From positions 40,703 to 104,702 of IMG/VR virus record IMGVR_UViG_3300028833_000101: DNA of 64,000 bases; one strand, given 5' to 3'. Source of the DNA: a virus. Its lineage: Duplodnaviria; Caudoviricetes. Both the position numbers and the translations under genes were made by a program. The notes under the pieces were generated by a model, which did no database searches, was not told the DNA's origin, and worked only from the letters and a program-made list of their open reading frames with translations. Every line of letters starts with the position of its first letter. Position 1 is the first letter of the stretch. Positions 39,551 through 48,633 of the stretch are shown here, piece by piece.

Positions 39551-40069
39551 ATGGAAATTAAACAAATTGATTGGTCAAGAATTAAACCTAGAATTGGCAG
39601 ATGGGTAAGAACAGAAGCCCATGCTGGTCAAGTTAAATACGATTTAGAATCAGACTTAGCTGACCCTTATACTATTACACAATTTACAGTTGACTTTGAA
39701 GATGAAACTGTTTCTACTGGCTGGAGAGAAGAACTTAGTGGACATCAAGAAGAAGTACCATTAACTCCAGAAGAAAACTACGAAGCCAGACAAATGATTT
39801 CTGATTGCAGAATTATTACTGTTAGCTTTACTATTAGACCAGGGTATGAAGACCTCGCTAAAAGACAATCTGAATATATGCTTGATGGCTATGATCTTAT
39901 TAAAGTTACTATGCAGGGCAATACTATTACATTTGAAGGCAATCATCTAAACTTAAGTGATGCTGTAGCTGATGGTCATATTTCAGAATGGGCTAATGAA
40001 GACCCTGAAGTAGAGATTGATGTTGCCTGTGGTATTGATAGAGCTAACGCAGGAAACTGGGATTATTAA
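39551..40069 (+). CDS. Early hypothetical protein
   Basis: Promoter plus GAGGT RBS. Confidence 0.75.
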   Translation: MEIKQIDWSRIKPRIGRWVRTEAHAGQVKYDLESDLADPYTITQFTVDFEDETVSTGWREELSGHQEEVPLTPEENYEARQMISDCRIITVSFTIRPGYEDLAKRQSEYMLDGYDLIKVTMQGNTITFEGNHLNLSDAVADGHISEWANEDPEVEIDVACGIDRANAGNWDY

Positions 40070-40134
40070 AAAAACTATTTACAAATAAAAATATTTGTGA
40101 TATAATATATTTAGAAAGTTGAAGTAAATAAAAT

Positions 40135-40353
40135 ATGAAAAAAATTATTATTGTTTTGGCGAATGACTGCCTTCAAAGAGTCTACTCTGATGAAAAGGTC
40201 GAAATAGAAGTCATTGATCTTGGAGATGTAGATGAAGAGCACCCAACAAGAGTTCAAAAGAAGCAGCTTAAACAACTAGAAAAATTAGAAGAAGACGCTA
40301 GTTTAACTACCAAGTGTTGGTTCTATGATAACAAACCACTTTCTTATAAATAA
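40135..40353 (+). CDS. Early hypothetical protein
   Basis: Promoter; resembles the small ORF at 54605. Confidence 0.65.
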   Translation: MKKIIIVLANDCLQRVYSDEKVEIEVIDLGDVDEEHPTRVQKKQLKQLEKLEEDASLTTKCWFYDNKPLSYK

Positions 40354-40368
40354 CGCGAGGAAATAATT

Positions 40369-41034
40369 ATGGAAAAAGAATATCAAAAAATTGGAAATGT
40401 ATTTAAGTTCGACGAAAAGTTTAGAACTATTGTTGGGCTTAATGAACCATATGAAACATTAAAGAATATTATCTGGCAAGGTACTGAAAAGATTGACGGA
40501 ACTAATATTCGTGTTCATTGGGATGGTCATGACATTGAGTTCGCTGGCCACACTGATAAAGCACAAATCCCACCAAAGCTTCAAGCTTATTTAGAGTCCG
40601 TGTTCAAAGTCCCAGAAATGGAATATATTTTTGAACAAGTCTTTGGTGAACCTGAAGCGTATATCTTTGGTGAAGGTTTTGGTGCTGGAATTCAAAAGTC
40701 TGGCGGAGACTATGTAGAAAACGGAACCGATGTTTCTTTCATTGTCTTTGATGTTCAAATCGATGGTTGGGACCTTGATAGAAAGAACACTACTGATGTT
40801 GCTACTAAACTTGGTTTACCTTCTGTCCCTGTCTGCTTTGAAGGAACTCTTGATGAAGCTAAAGCTTATGTTGCTGAACATCACATGTCTACACTTAATG
40901 GTGGCAAGCATGAAATGGAAGGCTTGGTCTTAGTGCCTCGTGATATTCAACTCTATGACAAGAAACACCATCTTATTAAGTGCAAGTGCAAATACAGAGA
41001 CATGGTTAGAGCTGGTCTTGTAGAGGAAAAATAG
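40369..41034 (+). CDS. RNA ligase (Rnl2-like adenylyltransferase domain)
   Basis: TEKIDGTN (motif I), IFGE, FIVFD, EGLV and C-terminal KxK motifs. Confidence 0.85.
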   Translation: MEKEYQKIGNVFKFDEKFRTIVGLNEPYETLKNIIWQGTEKIDGTNIRVHWDGHDIEFAGHTDKAQIPPKLQAYLESVFKVPEMEYIFEQVFGEPEAYIFGEGFGAGIQKSGGDYVENGTDVSFIVFDVQIDGWDLDRKNTTDVATKLGLPSVPVCFEGTLDEAKAYVAEHHMSTLNGGKHEMEGLVLVPRDIQLYDKKHHLIKCKCKYRDMVRAGLVEEK

Positions 41035-41036
41035 CT

Positions 41037-41165
41037 ATGATAGTTGGAATTATTGCAACTATACTTTTGTTTCTCTTAATTTCTGGTTGTATTATTATTG
41101 GCTTTGCCGATGCTTGTGGAGAAGCAGCTGGTGAAGAAAGTATTTATTCTGGTGGCAAAGAATAA
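41037..41165 (+). CDS. Small membrane peptide
   Basis: GAGG RBS; hydrophobic 42-aa ORF. Confidence 0.5.
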   Translation: MIVGIIATILLFLLISGCIIIGFADACGEAAGEESIYSGGKE

Positions 41166-41245
41166 AAAACTTTAAGAAATTTGTAAAAAAGTATTTACAA
41201 GTTTCTTTTTTTATGTTATAATAATTATAGAAAGTTGGTAAGCTT

Positions 41246-42001
41246 ATGAATAAAGAAACATTTGAAACTATTAAAACAAATCTTGAAGCACGAGTAAATG
41301 AATGTAAAGCACATTTAGACCATATCATCACAACTGATGATTTAAAAACTATTACAGTAGGTGAAGCACAAGAATTAAAAGCTTGGGCAAGTAAAGAAAG
41401 TGCTATTATGACTGAAATAGTTATGGTCGATTTTTATCATATCATTGGTATGGGTGAATTAACAGTTTTACAAACTAATACTTTTATAAAACTTATTAAA
41501 GAATACATGAGTTATCGCTCAGACCTTAAAACTATTGGTGCTCATTTCTCATTAGACAACTTACCAAATCTTCCAAGTATCAGTGAGTTTACATTAAAGC
41601 AACTTGGTAATATTACGCTCACTTCTAAAGTCCGTGGTAGAAATAAAGCTGCCTCTACTTTTATTGAAACAAATACAGTAGGTGACTATGCTAAAGCTTG
41701 CCAAGACCTTGCTAGTAGTATTACTGCTGATGGAGAATGTGGACCATTCAAAATTGAAGACAATACTATTACTTTACCAACTACTTCATTAAATGATTTT
41801 ATTAAAGCTATTAATCCAAATCTTAGCCGAGGCAAAATTACTTCAGCTGCTTCTTATCAAAATAATACTGGAAAAGATTATGCTGATATTTTTTGGCAAT
41901 ATACAAATGAAGAACATAATGAAATTAAAGCTGTTGTCTCACGAAAGAATGGATACTTTACTGGAATTAAAAATAAATTAAAAAATATTTTTGTAAAATA
42001 A
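41246..42001 (+). CDS. Early hypothetical protein
   Basis: ORF with promoter. Confidence 0.75.
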   Translation: MNKETFETIKTNLEARVNECKAHLDHIITTDDLKTITVGEAQELKAWASKESAIMTEIVMVDFYHIIGMGELTVLQTNTFIKLIKEYMSYRSDLKTIGAHFSLDNLPNLPSISEFTLKQLGNITLTSKVRGRNKAASTFIETNTVGDYAKACQDLASSITADGECGPFKIEDNTITLPTTSLNDFIKAINPNLSRGKITSAASYQNNTGKDYADIFWQYTNEEHNEIKAVVSRKNGYFTGIKNKLKNIFVK

Positions 42002-42060
42002 TTAATAATTGTTTACAAATATAATTTTATATGAGATAATATTAATGTGAGGTAAAAAAT

Positions 42061-42321
42061 ATGACTGTAAAAGAATACTTAGAAGTTCATAGTAGTAAAG
42101 ATATTGAATCAATCGGTATTTATTCAGCTACTAAAATTAAGGATGCTTGTGATAGAGATACTGATGTTATTGATACTGATGTTCAACCTGTTGATTTAGT
42201 TAAATATTTAGAAAGAGAAGTTGACCATGTTAGCTTAGGTATCTTTGATGAAACAAGAAAAGCTATTGATGGAACAGACTACAATGCCAAGTTCATTAGA
42301 GCTTGTATTTATGTGAGGTAA
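42061..42321 (+). CDS. Early hypothetical protein
   Basis: Promoter plus GAGGT RBS. Confidence 0.7.
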   Translation: MTVKEYLEVHSSKDIESIGIYSATKIKDACDRDTDVIDTDVQPVDLVKYLEREVDHVSLGIFDETRKAIDGTDYNAKFIRACIYVR

Positions 42322-42326
42322 TAATT

Positions 42327-42815
42327 ATGTTTCCAGATTTATTAGATGCTCTTAGTGAATATAGTAGTTATTATACTAGTGATGTTGATCCAGAAGTTGA
42401 AGATGCTTTTAAAAGTATTCTTAAAAAAGTTTGGCATGAACACGCCACGAAATATATAGATAATACTGGAGATATTACTGGAGAAGCTCGTTCAATCTTA
42501 GAAAAAGCTTTACAATTACTTCACAAAAATAAAAACATTCATCTCAGATTCGATTTGAACTCTGAGAAGTGTAAAATGTATCAAATACAAGACCCAAGAA
42601 AGTTAAGCCCACAAACAATTTTACAATTAGAAGTAAAAGAAGGCTTAGATAAACAGTATATCAAAGCTACTATTAGTAATGAAGCTTTCACCGCTAATTG
42701 GTTACCAACTGATGACTATGCTGGTATTTCAAAAAGAATTAAAGATTTAGATACCATAACTTATCGTGGTATTAGACTTGCTTATATTATTTATCAAGCA
42801 ATTAAAGATAATTAG
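42327..42815 (+). CDS. LRxAY-family protein 10
   Basis: ALQLLHKNKNIHL...RGIRLAYIIY. Confidence 0.72.
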   Translation: MFPDLLDALSEYSSYYTSDVDPEVEDAFKSILKKVWHEHATKYIDNTGDITGEARSILEKALQLLHKNKNIHLRFDLNSEKCKMYQIQDPRKLSPQTILQLEVKEGLDKQYIKATISNEAFTANWLPTDDYAGISKRIKDLDTITYRGIRLAYIIYQAIKDN

Positions 42816-42825
42816 GAGTATGAAT

Positions 42826-43158
42826 ATGTATAAAGTAAAATGTATCGCTGATGGAATGATTGTCTGGAAGGGCACTACTGTCATAGGAATTAAAGGTTTG
42901 ACTTTGCCTGAGATGTTTAATGAATGTGATTGTGTAAAACTTCCAGGAAACGCTTTCGATTATTCACTTTCACCCTCTAATAAATATACAGAAGAACAAC
43001 TTGCTTTTATTAATAAAGCAGAAGCTGAGTGGGCTGAAGATGGTGGTGAAGAAATCGATCATGAGCCTGAGTATGGAATTAAGTATGGCGAAGATGATGA
43101 CGTCCCACTAATGGATTTATTTGGCCAAAGCATTCCAGACGATGACTTGCCGTTTTAG
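42826..43158 (+). CDS. Hypothetical protein with SSB-like acidic DDDLPF tail
   Basis: AGGAG RBS; ends IPDDDLPF. Confidence 0.65.
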   Translation: MYKVKCIADGMIVWKGTTVIGIKGLTLPEMFNECDCVKLPGNAFDYSLSPSNKYTEEQLAFINKAEAEWAEDGGEEIDHEPEYGIKYGEDDDVPLMDLFGQSIPDDDLPF

Positions 43159-43175
43159 CTTCAAAAGGTGAGAGA

Positions 43176-43403
43176 ATGAAAATAACAACTAATGAACAAC
43201 CTTTAATCATAGACTTAGAAAAAAATGAAACATTAACTATATCAAGTACAATAGTAATGATAAAGCATGTTTTTGATTTATCTTTGTACAAAACCGTCAG
43301 ACTAAAAGTTTACAATAATATATTTATAGTTGAAGCTGAGAACAAAAATAATGGCAGTAAATTAATCAGGGCTTTTTCTGATACTTGGGGGTTTTCTATT
43401 TAA
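43176..43403 (+). CDS. Hypothetical protein
   Basis: AAGGTGAG RBS. Confidence 0.55.
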   Translation: MKITTNEQPLIIDLEKNETLTISSTIVMIKHVFDLSLYKTVRLKVYNNIFIVEAENKNNGSKLIRAFSDTWGFSI

Positions 43404-43603
43404 TGAAAAATAAAGAAATAGTAAAAGCATTAAAGGGAAGTTGGAAAGACAAACCAGTAGAAGTTCTCGTTAAAATTGAGGGCGGACTATACTATCCAAT
43501 TAAAGAAATAGTCAAAAACAAGGATGGTACTTTTACTATTATAGGCAGAAACTTAACTGAGCATTCCGTCATAGGGCCTGCCAAATGGTATAAGAATAAA
43601 TAG
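43403..43603 (+). CDS. Hypothetical protein
   Basis: TAATG coupling to the upstream gene. Confidence 0.6.
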   Translation: MKNKEIVKALKGSWKDKPVEVLVKIEGGLYYPIKEIVKNKDGTFTIIGRNLTEHSVIGPAKWYKNK

Positions 43604-43787
43604 AGCTTCTGCCAAAATACACTCATAGTAGGACAAAAAGTTTAAGACTTCTGTCAAAAGCAGAAGTTTTTTATTTCTTTGTTTGTAAATCTTTGTCACT
43701 TTTGTCACTCAAATGTCACTCAAATAAAAGACTTGACAAAAAGTTGAAATTCAATTTTTTGGCAAATAATTTGCTAAATTATACAGA

Positions 43788-44216
43788 ATGAACAAAGATT
43801 ACAACCAAGAAAGATTTGACTTATTAGAAACTTTGAAGACAGATGTTGCCAGAATGATCAGACTTAAAGACCTGCCGGCAACCTGCCATTCTTTAACTGC
43901 AATTAGTGGAAGAGATGGTAGAACGGAGCTAGTATTGGAACTATTCGTCGACATATTAAATACAGAGAAAATCGCCCGAGTTTACTTATACATTACAGAG
44001 GACATTTTTGACCCAGATGGCTTTGAGTTTATAAATAGTGACATAGGTCTTGGAAATAAAAAAGTAGACACAAAAACCTTCATTAAACTTAGAGCCCTCA
44101 GAACAGTATACAATGTAATAAAAAACGTAAGCACTGGATATGCAAATGCAGTCGACCCAAATAAAATAATATATGTCAGAACACAAAAAACAGGTGTCTG
44201 TGATTATAGGAATTAA
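43788..44216 (+). CDS. LRxAY-family protein 11 (divergent)
   Basis: VARMIRLKDL...FIKLRALRTVY; directly after GCTAAATTA. Confidence 0.65.
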   Translation: MNKDYNQERFDLLETLKTDVARMIRLKDLPATCHSLTAISGRDGRTELVLELFVDILNTEKIARVYLYITEDIFDPDGFEFINSDIGLGNKKVDTKTFIKLRALRTVYNVIKNVSTGYANAVDPNKIIYVRTQKTGVCDYRN

Positions 44217-44220
44217 TAGT

Positions 44221-44601
44221 ATGAGTTACCCATATAGACCACAAAAAGAATGAGACATAATAAATATAGTCAAGAAAGCAATCAGGACCTTAAATAAGAA
44301 AAAAGGGACTACTTTAAAGATGGCCAATATTAGCTTTGGTCAAGGTGTGGACAGCAAGTATGGTTCAGGACAATTAGATACCACAATAAGTTTAGTAGTG
44401 CAGGAAACAATAAGTAAAAGAATAATGAAGCTATTCTGATATGAAAGCTTCTTTAATCCTGACTTGCCTGATGATAAAGACGAAGTTTCAGGAGTAAATA
44501 AAGTAAGTAATCCAGGAGACAAAGTATTGCTTAGAGTTGCTTACTGCATTTGGTTTGGCAGACACTGGATGTCAGCGCCACAAAAGAAAAATAAAAAATA
44601 A
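44221..44601 (+). CDS. LRxAY-family protein 12 (missed by the ORF track; 2 TGA)
   Basis: AIRTLNKKKGTTL...KVLLRVAYCIW. Confidence 0.72.
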
Positions 44602-44611
44602 TGGTGATAAT

Positions 44612-44977
44612 ATGGAAATAAATAGTAAATATTCTACACTTATTACTTCAGCTTGTGAAAGGGTACAAAGAGTTAAAGGAATTAATGTTTTTCTTTCTAG
44701 TATAGAATTTTATGGTGTTCATAAATACTCGCATGACAATGTATATAAGATAAATCTTATAACCGATAATGGACTCCTTACTATCTATCAAGAAGAAGAA
44801 AACTTTAAGTATTGGGCTGATGTCCCATGGTCTGGCTTGGAAGAGTTTAGACCAGCAGACTTTGATAGCTGATCAGAATATAAGAAGTTAATGCTTGCTT
44901 GGTGCTGGGCAATTTATAAATACTGTAAAGACTGGGGAGACTACCAAAATACAACGCCACCACCAATTGAAGAATAA
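44612..44977 (+). CDS. LRxAY-family protein 13 (divergent; 1 TGA)
   Basis: ACERVQRVKGINV...KLMLAWCWAIY. Confidence 0.65.
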
Positions 44978-45197
44978 ATTAAAAGGTATCTTAGAGATAT
45001 CTTTTTTATAACTCTTAAAAAATAATCTGCTAAATTATACTGAGAAAAAGCTAAGGCAATTGCTATTGGCTTCTTTTTTAATAATTTAATAAAAAACATT
45101 TGCTATAATTAATTGAAGGTTGTTAAAAAGGCCGAAATAGGTTTTTGGTCAAATATCCTTCTTTTTTTATACTCTTTTGCGCCGTATAATATAATGT

Positions 45198-45623
45198 ATG
45201 AATTTTAATATTATAGACCAAGCAATAAAATTAGTAAGAGATAAATTCAAGATAGATTTTACAGTCAGCCAGTATACAATACAGACGGACCCAGAAGACA
45301 TAACAATTGGCGGAGTTGCCCATCACATCTATAGAGAGCCAGAGCTTAGGATGAGTATCACTGTAGTAAAAGGTCGTAATTCTTGGACCAGCTATACAGA
45401 CTTAGATTATGTGATATTCGGAAGCGACCTACGAGATGGAAGCTTGATAGATGAAATCATCGGTGGAAATATCAAAGGTTATGAATTAGACATGAGACAA
45501 GCTCTGAGACTCGCCTTCATCATATATAATGGAATCCAGTATGGCGTAAGCGGAGAGATGAAAAAAGATTATATAGACAAAGGCTGGCATCCAAGAGTAG
45601 TAAGTTCAAGAATGAGGTATTAA
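45198..45623 (+). CDS. LRxAY-family protein 14
   Basis: AIKLVRDKFKIDF...QALRLAFIIY. Confidence 0.7.
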   Translation: MNFNIIDQAIKLVRDKFKIDFTVSQYTIQTDPEDITIGGVAHHIYREPELRMSITVVKGRNSWTSYTDLDYVIFGSDLRDGSLIDEIIGGNIKGYELDMRQALRLAFIIYNGIQYGVSGEMKKDYIDKGWHPRVVSSRMRY

Positions 45624-45679
45624 AAAATATCTCATTTTTTTATTTACTTTTAAAGGCAACTATGGTATAATATAAATGT

Positions 45680-46834
45680 ATGAGTAAGATTATCGGAACT
45701 TGTTTAGGAGAATATGTAAAAGAGGGAGATGTTTTATATGACCCTCAAACAGATACATATAAGATAAAGGCCGGAGATAGACTAGTGGAAATTGATGGCC
45801 ACGTTTTGCAATCTGAAAGTCTAAGAACTTTACAGGAAGCCTTAAGCAATGTAGACGACGAAAACATTAAGATAGATATGTTAGGTAGTTGGGCTAAAGA
45901 CCTCGACGCAAAATATAGAAGAACTTACTTAGGCGACTGGGGACCGGACAGAACAGATGAAGCTAAGACAGCAGTAGAGGCAGCGGCTGAGGCAGAAGCA
46001 GAGGCGAGAGCGAAAGCAAGGTTCGCAGAGGCGAGAGCGAGGATGTCAGAAGCGAAAGCAATGAGTAGCAAAACAGCGGCTGCGGCAGGTCCTGCAGGAG
46101 CGCCTTTTGACAGTCAGAGCTTCGACCCCTTGCGTGCGCGCGTTGAAGCCGAAACAGACTCTGGAGCCTGGAAGATAGATGGCCTCGGAGCCCGCATCAG
46201 ACCAGTGGACACCGGAGACTGGAACGTCCGCTTCACCGATAAAGCCGCTGAGAAGCTTAGGGAGAACAGCGTCTACGGTAGTGGCGTCGGAACGGCAAGC
46301 CACACCTCCGCGCCCTGGGACGATCCTCTAAAGGACCAGATAGACAAAGCTAGTAATACTGTAGCTTGCTGCGACTTACCTGAACTAAAGCCTGACTATA
46401 ATCCTAATGATAAGGTGAAAGTATATTACCATGATAGATTTCCTTCTATACCTATTCGTTCTATAATAGATGACGCGATTGAATTACTAAATAATAAGAA
46501 AAATTTACATATATCTAAAATTTCTTTACACAATGAAAAATTCAGCGACAAAGACTATAGACTTGCGATATCCTCTAGAATTCCCGAAAGACCAGGATAT
46601 ATAAAGACTTTAGAAGTAGCAATTAATCATACGGCGTTCGACAGAGCCTACAAGACAGAGCTGGACGGATATGCCAAACTTAAAGCCAGACTTGATACAA
46701 ATACTTATATTAAACTTAGAATTGCTTTCTTACTATACCAGGCCTTGAAGCTGCGAGATGAAGACGCCAGAAAGATAAGCTTGGACATCTTTAGAATTAT
46801 AGGCAGCGATACAAGACCAGGATTTCACTTTTAA
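45680..46834 (+). CDS. LRxAY-family protein 15 with long N-terminal extension
   Basis: AIELLNNKKNLHI...YIKLRIAFLLY; Ala/Glu/Arg-rich middle region. Confidence 0.72.
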   Translation: MSKIIGTCLGEYVKEGDVLYDPQTDTYKIKAGDRLVEIDGHVLQSESLRTLQEALSNVDDENIKIDMLGSWAKDLDAKYRRTYLGDWGPDRTDEAKTAVEAAAEAEAEARAKARFAEARARMSEAKAMSSKTAAAAGPAGAPFDSQSFDPLRARVEAETDSGAWKIDGLGARIRPVDTGDWNVRFTDKAAEKLRENSVYGSGVGTASHTSAPWDDPLKDQIDKASNTVACCDLPELKPDYNPNDKVKVYYHDRFPSIPIRSIIDDAIELLNNKKNLHISKISLHNEKFSDKDYRLAISSRIPERPGYIKTLEVAINHTAFDRAYKTELDGYAKLKARLDTNTYIKLRIAFLLYQALKLRDEDARKISLDIFRIIGSDTRPGFHF

Positions 46835-47260
46835 AACTTAGTTAAAGGCTGCTTAGACAAACGAAACACAATAAGCCAGGATAAATTTATATCTTGGCTT
46901 TTTTCGTGCCCCAAAACGCCCCGTTTTGCTTTTTGCCCGAAATTGGTACATTTTCGTTTTTTAGCTTTTCCGAATTTGCCCCGTTTTCGTTACTGGCCAG
47001 ATCCGCGATCCAGGGCGTCCGAAATTAGTACGTTTTCAAAAAACGAAATCACCCCAGTTTCATATTTGAGCCATTATTCATATAAAGCCGAAATCACCTC
47101 GTTTTCAAAAATGGCCAATTTGGAGCAATTTCATTTCAGGGTAGATAAAATACCTCGGAATATAAAAAAACGTCACAGAATGCGATTGTGACACATCTGT
47201 GACTATTCTAAGCTTTCGCCATATTATGCAGATGAAACCAAGACAATTTCAATAGCTATA

Positions 47261-47548
47261 AAATAAAAGCGACGACTCAGAGCCTGGAAAAGAGAGAGGT
47301 GATGGCTCGTTGTGTGTCGTCGCCGGGACCGAAGCCCCTGAAAGGAGGTAATTGTCATATAAGGAGATTTGACTCATTAAACTGCCCGAAACCTTACTGA
47401 CTTAGTTTTATCATGCGGTTTAAGTACGTATCGTTAGTTAGTCTTTTTGACACTCTATTGATTACCTATCGTCTATTGATTATCTATCGTTATACGTATC
47501 GTTCTGAGGCGGTCCTTTACATTATCGGCAGTTTTTCGGTCGCCTCAT
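47261..47548 (-). ncRNA. Candidate ~290-nt structured RNA with three anti-SD motifs
   Basis: Minus-strand TTGTATAATATAG promoter (47550-47562), 5' stem ugaggcg/cgccuca, cUUCGg tetraloop, terminator gcgacgac/gucgucgc plus U-tract. Confidence 0.65.
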
Positions 47549-48301
47549 ACTATATTATACAATTCAAATCTAAATTTTAACAACTTTTTTTAAATTTTTG
47601 TAATTTCAACTTCGTGCGTGTGCATACGTGGCGGCGCGCCAGTATTCTTAATCCTTAGAAGAATACCGTGCGTGGCCATGTGCGTGCGTATATACTAAAG
47701 CTTTCAAATCAGGGCGATTTCAAATGCTATGAAACTCAGGCAATTTCAAGTGCAGGTTAATAACAACTTATATATGATCTATCTATCTAACGATAGATCA
47801 TATATAAGCTATTTTGAAGCAGCTGTAGGTTAGCCCTGTAAAAAAGTTAAAAAAACTATTTACAACTGTTTACTTTTGTGCTATAATATTGTTATAATGG
47901 GGGGTGTTTTTTTAAAAAAAATAAAAAACCCTGAAATCGGGATATTTTAGACTGTATAATATAATAGGGAATAAAATGAAATTGGAACAATTTCATTTAT
48001 GTGTGCGCAAGCACACACGTGTAATACTAAAAAAATTCAACCTAAATAAAATTCCAAATCAGGGTGTTTTTAATAATTTAATAAATTAATAATTTAATGA
48101 TTTAATGTTTTAATAAATTATTAACACATAAATTATATGTACATGAATTATCTATATTAATTCTTAGCTAATATTTTATAGCTATAGTAGCATAGCTTAT
48201 AATATATAGCTTATATATAAGCTTTTGGCGCCCGCACACATATGTACACGTGTACAGTAAGTACAGAATTAGAGCAAGTTCAAATCAAGGAGATTTCAGA
48301 T

Positions 48302-48607
48302 ATGGCAAATCCAGAACAAAAGAAGTGACCAGTCATCACTTGCCCACATTGTGGTTATCAGTATGCTCCAGCAGAGATATTCATGCCAGGAGATCTGATT
48401 GGCAACCCAGAACAAGTTGTTAGAGATGCACTTGGCAAAATCATCTACCAAGAATATGATGAAGATAGTGAACCAGCACAAGTTGGGCACTACATCTGTG
48501 ACGAGTGTGGAAAACCATTCATCGTGGAGCCAGTGATCACATATAAAGTCAAGAAAGAAGATGAGGCAAAAGATTTCAGTGATCTTTCCGCCAGCTTACT
48601 AGACTAA
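48302..48607 (+). CDS. Zinc-ribbon protein (CPHC...CDEC); 1 TGA
   Basis: AAGGAG RBS; the first CxxC is included only in the code-4 reading. Confidence 0.75.
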
Positions 48608-48633
48608 TTTCAAATCAGGGAGATTTCGTTTAG

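Larger units (their letters stand above)
46912..48627. repeat. Dispersed 17-bp dyad (G/C)AAA(T)-N7-(A)TTTC, about 15 copies; putative origin/operator region
   Basis: Copies at 46912, 46939, 46972, 47021, 47045, 47090, 47116, 47234, 47705, 47731, 47933, 47978, 48055, 48281, 48611. Confidence 0.8.

Noticed and set aside
46943-47191. 82-aa ORF in the origin-like region
   Set aside because: No RBS, TTG start, and its sequence is dictated by the dyad repeats.
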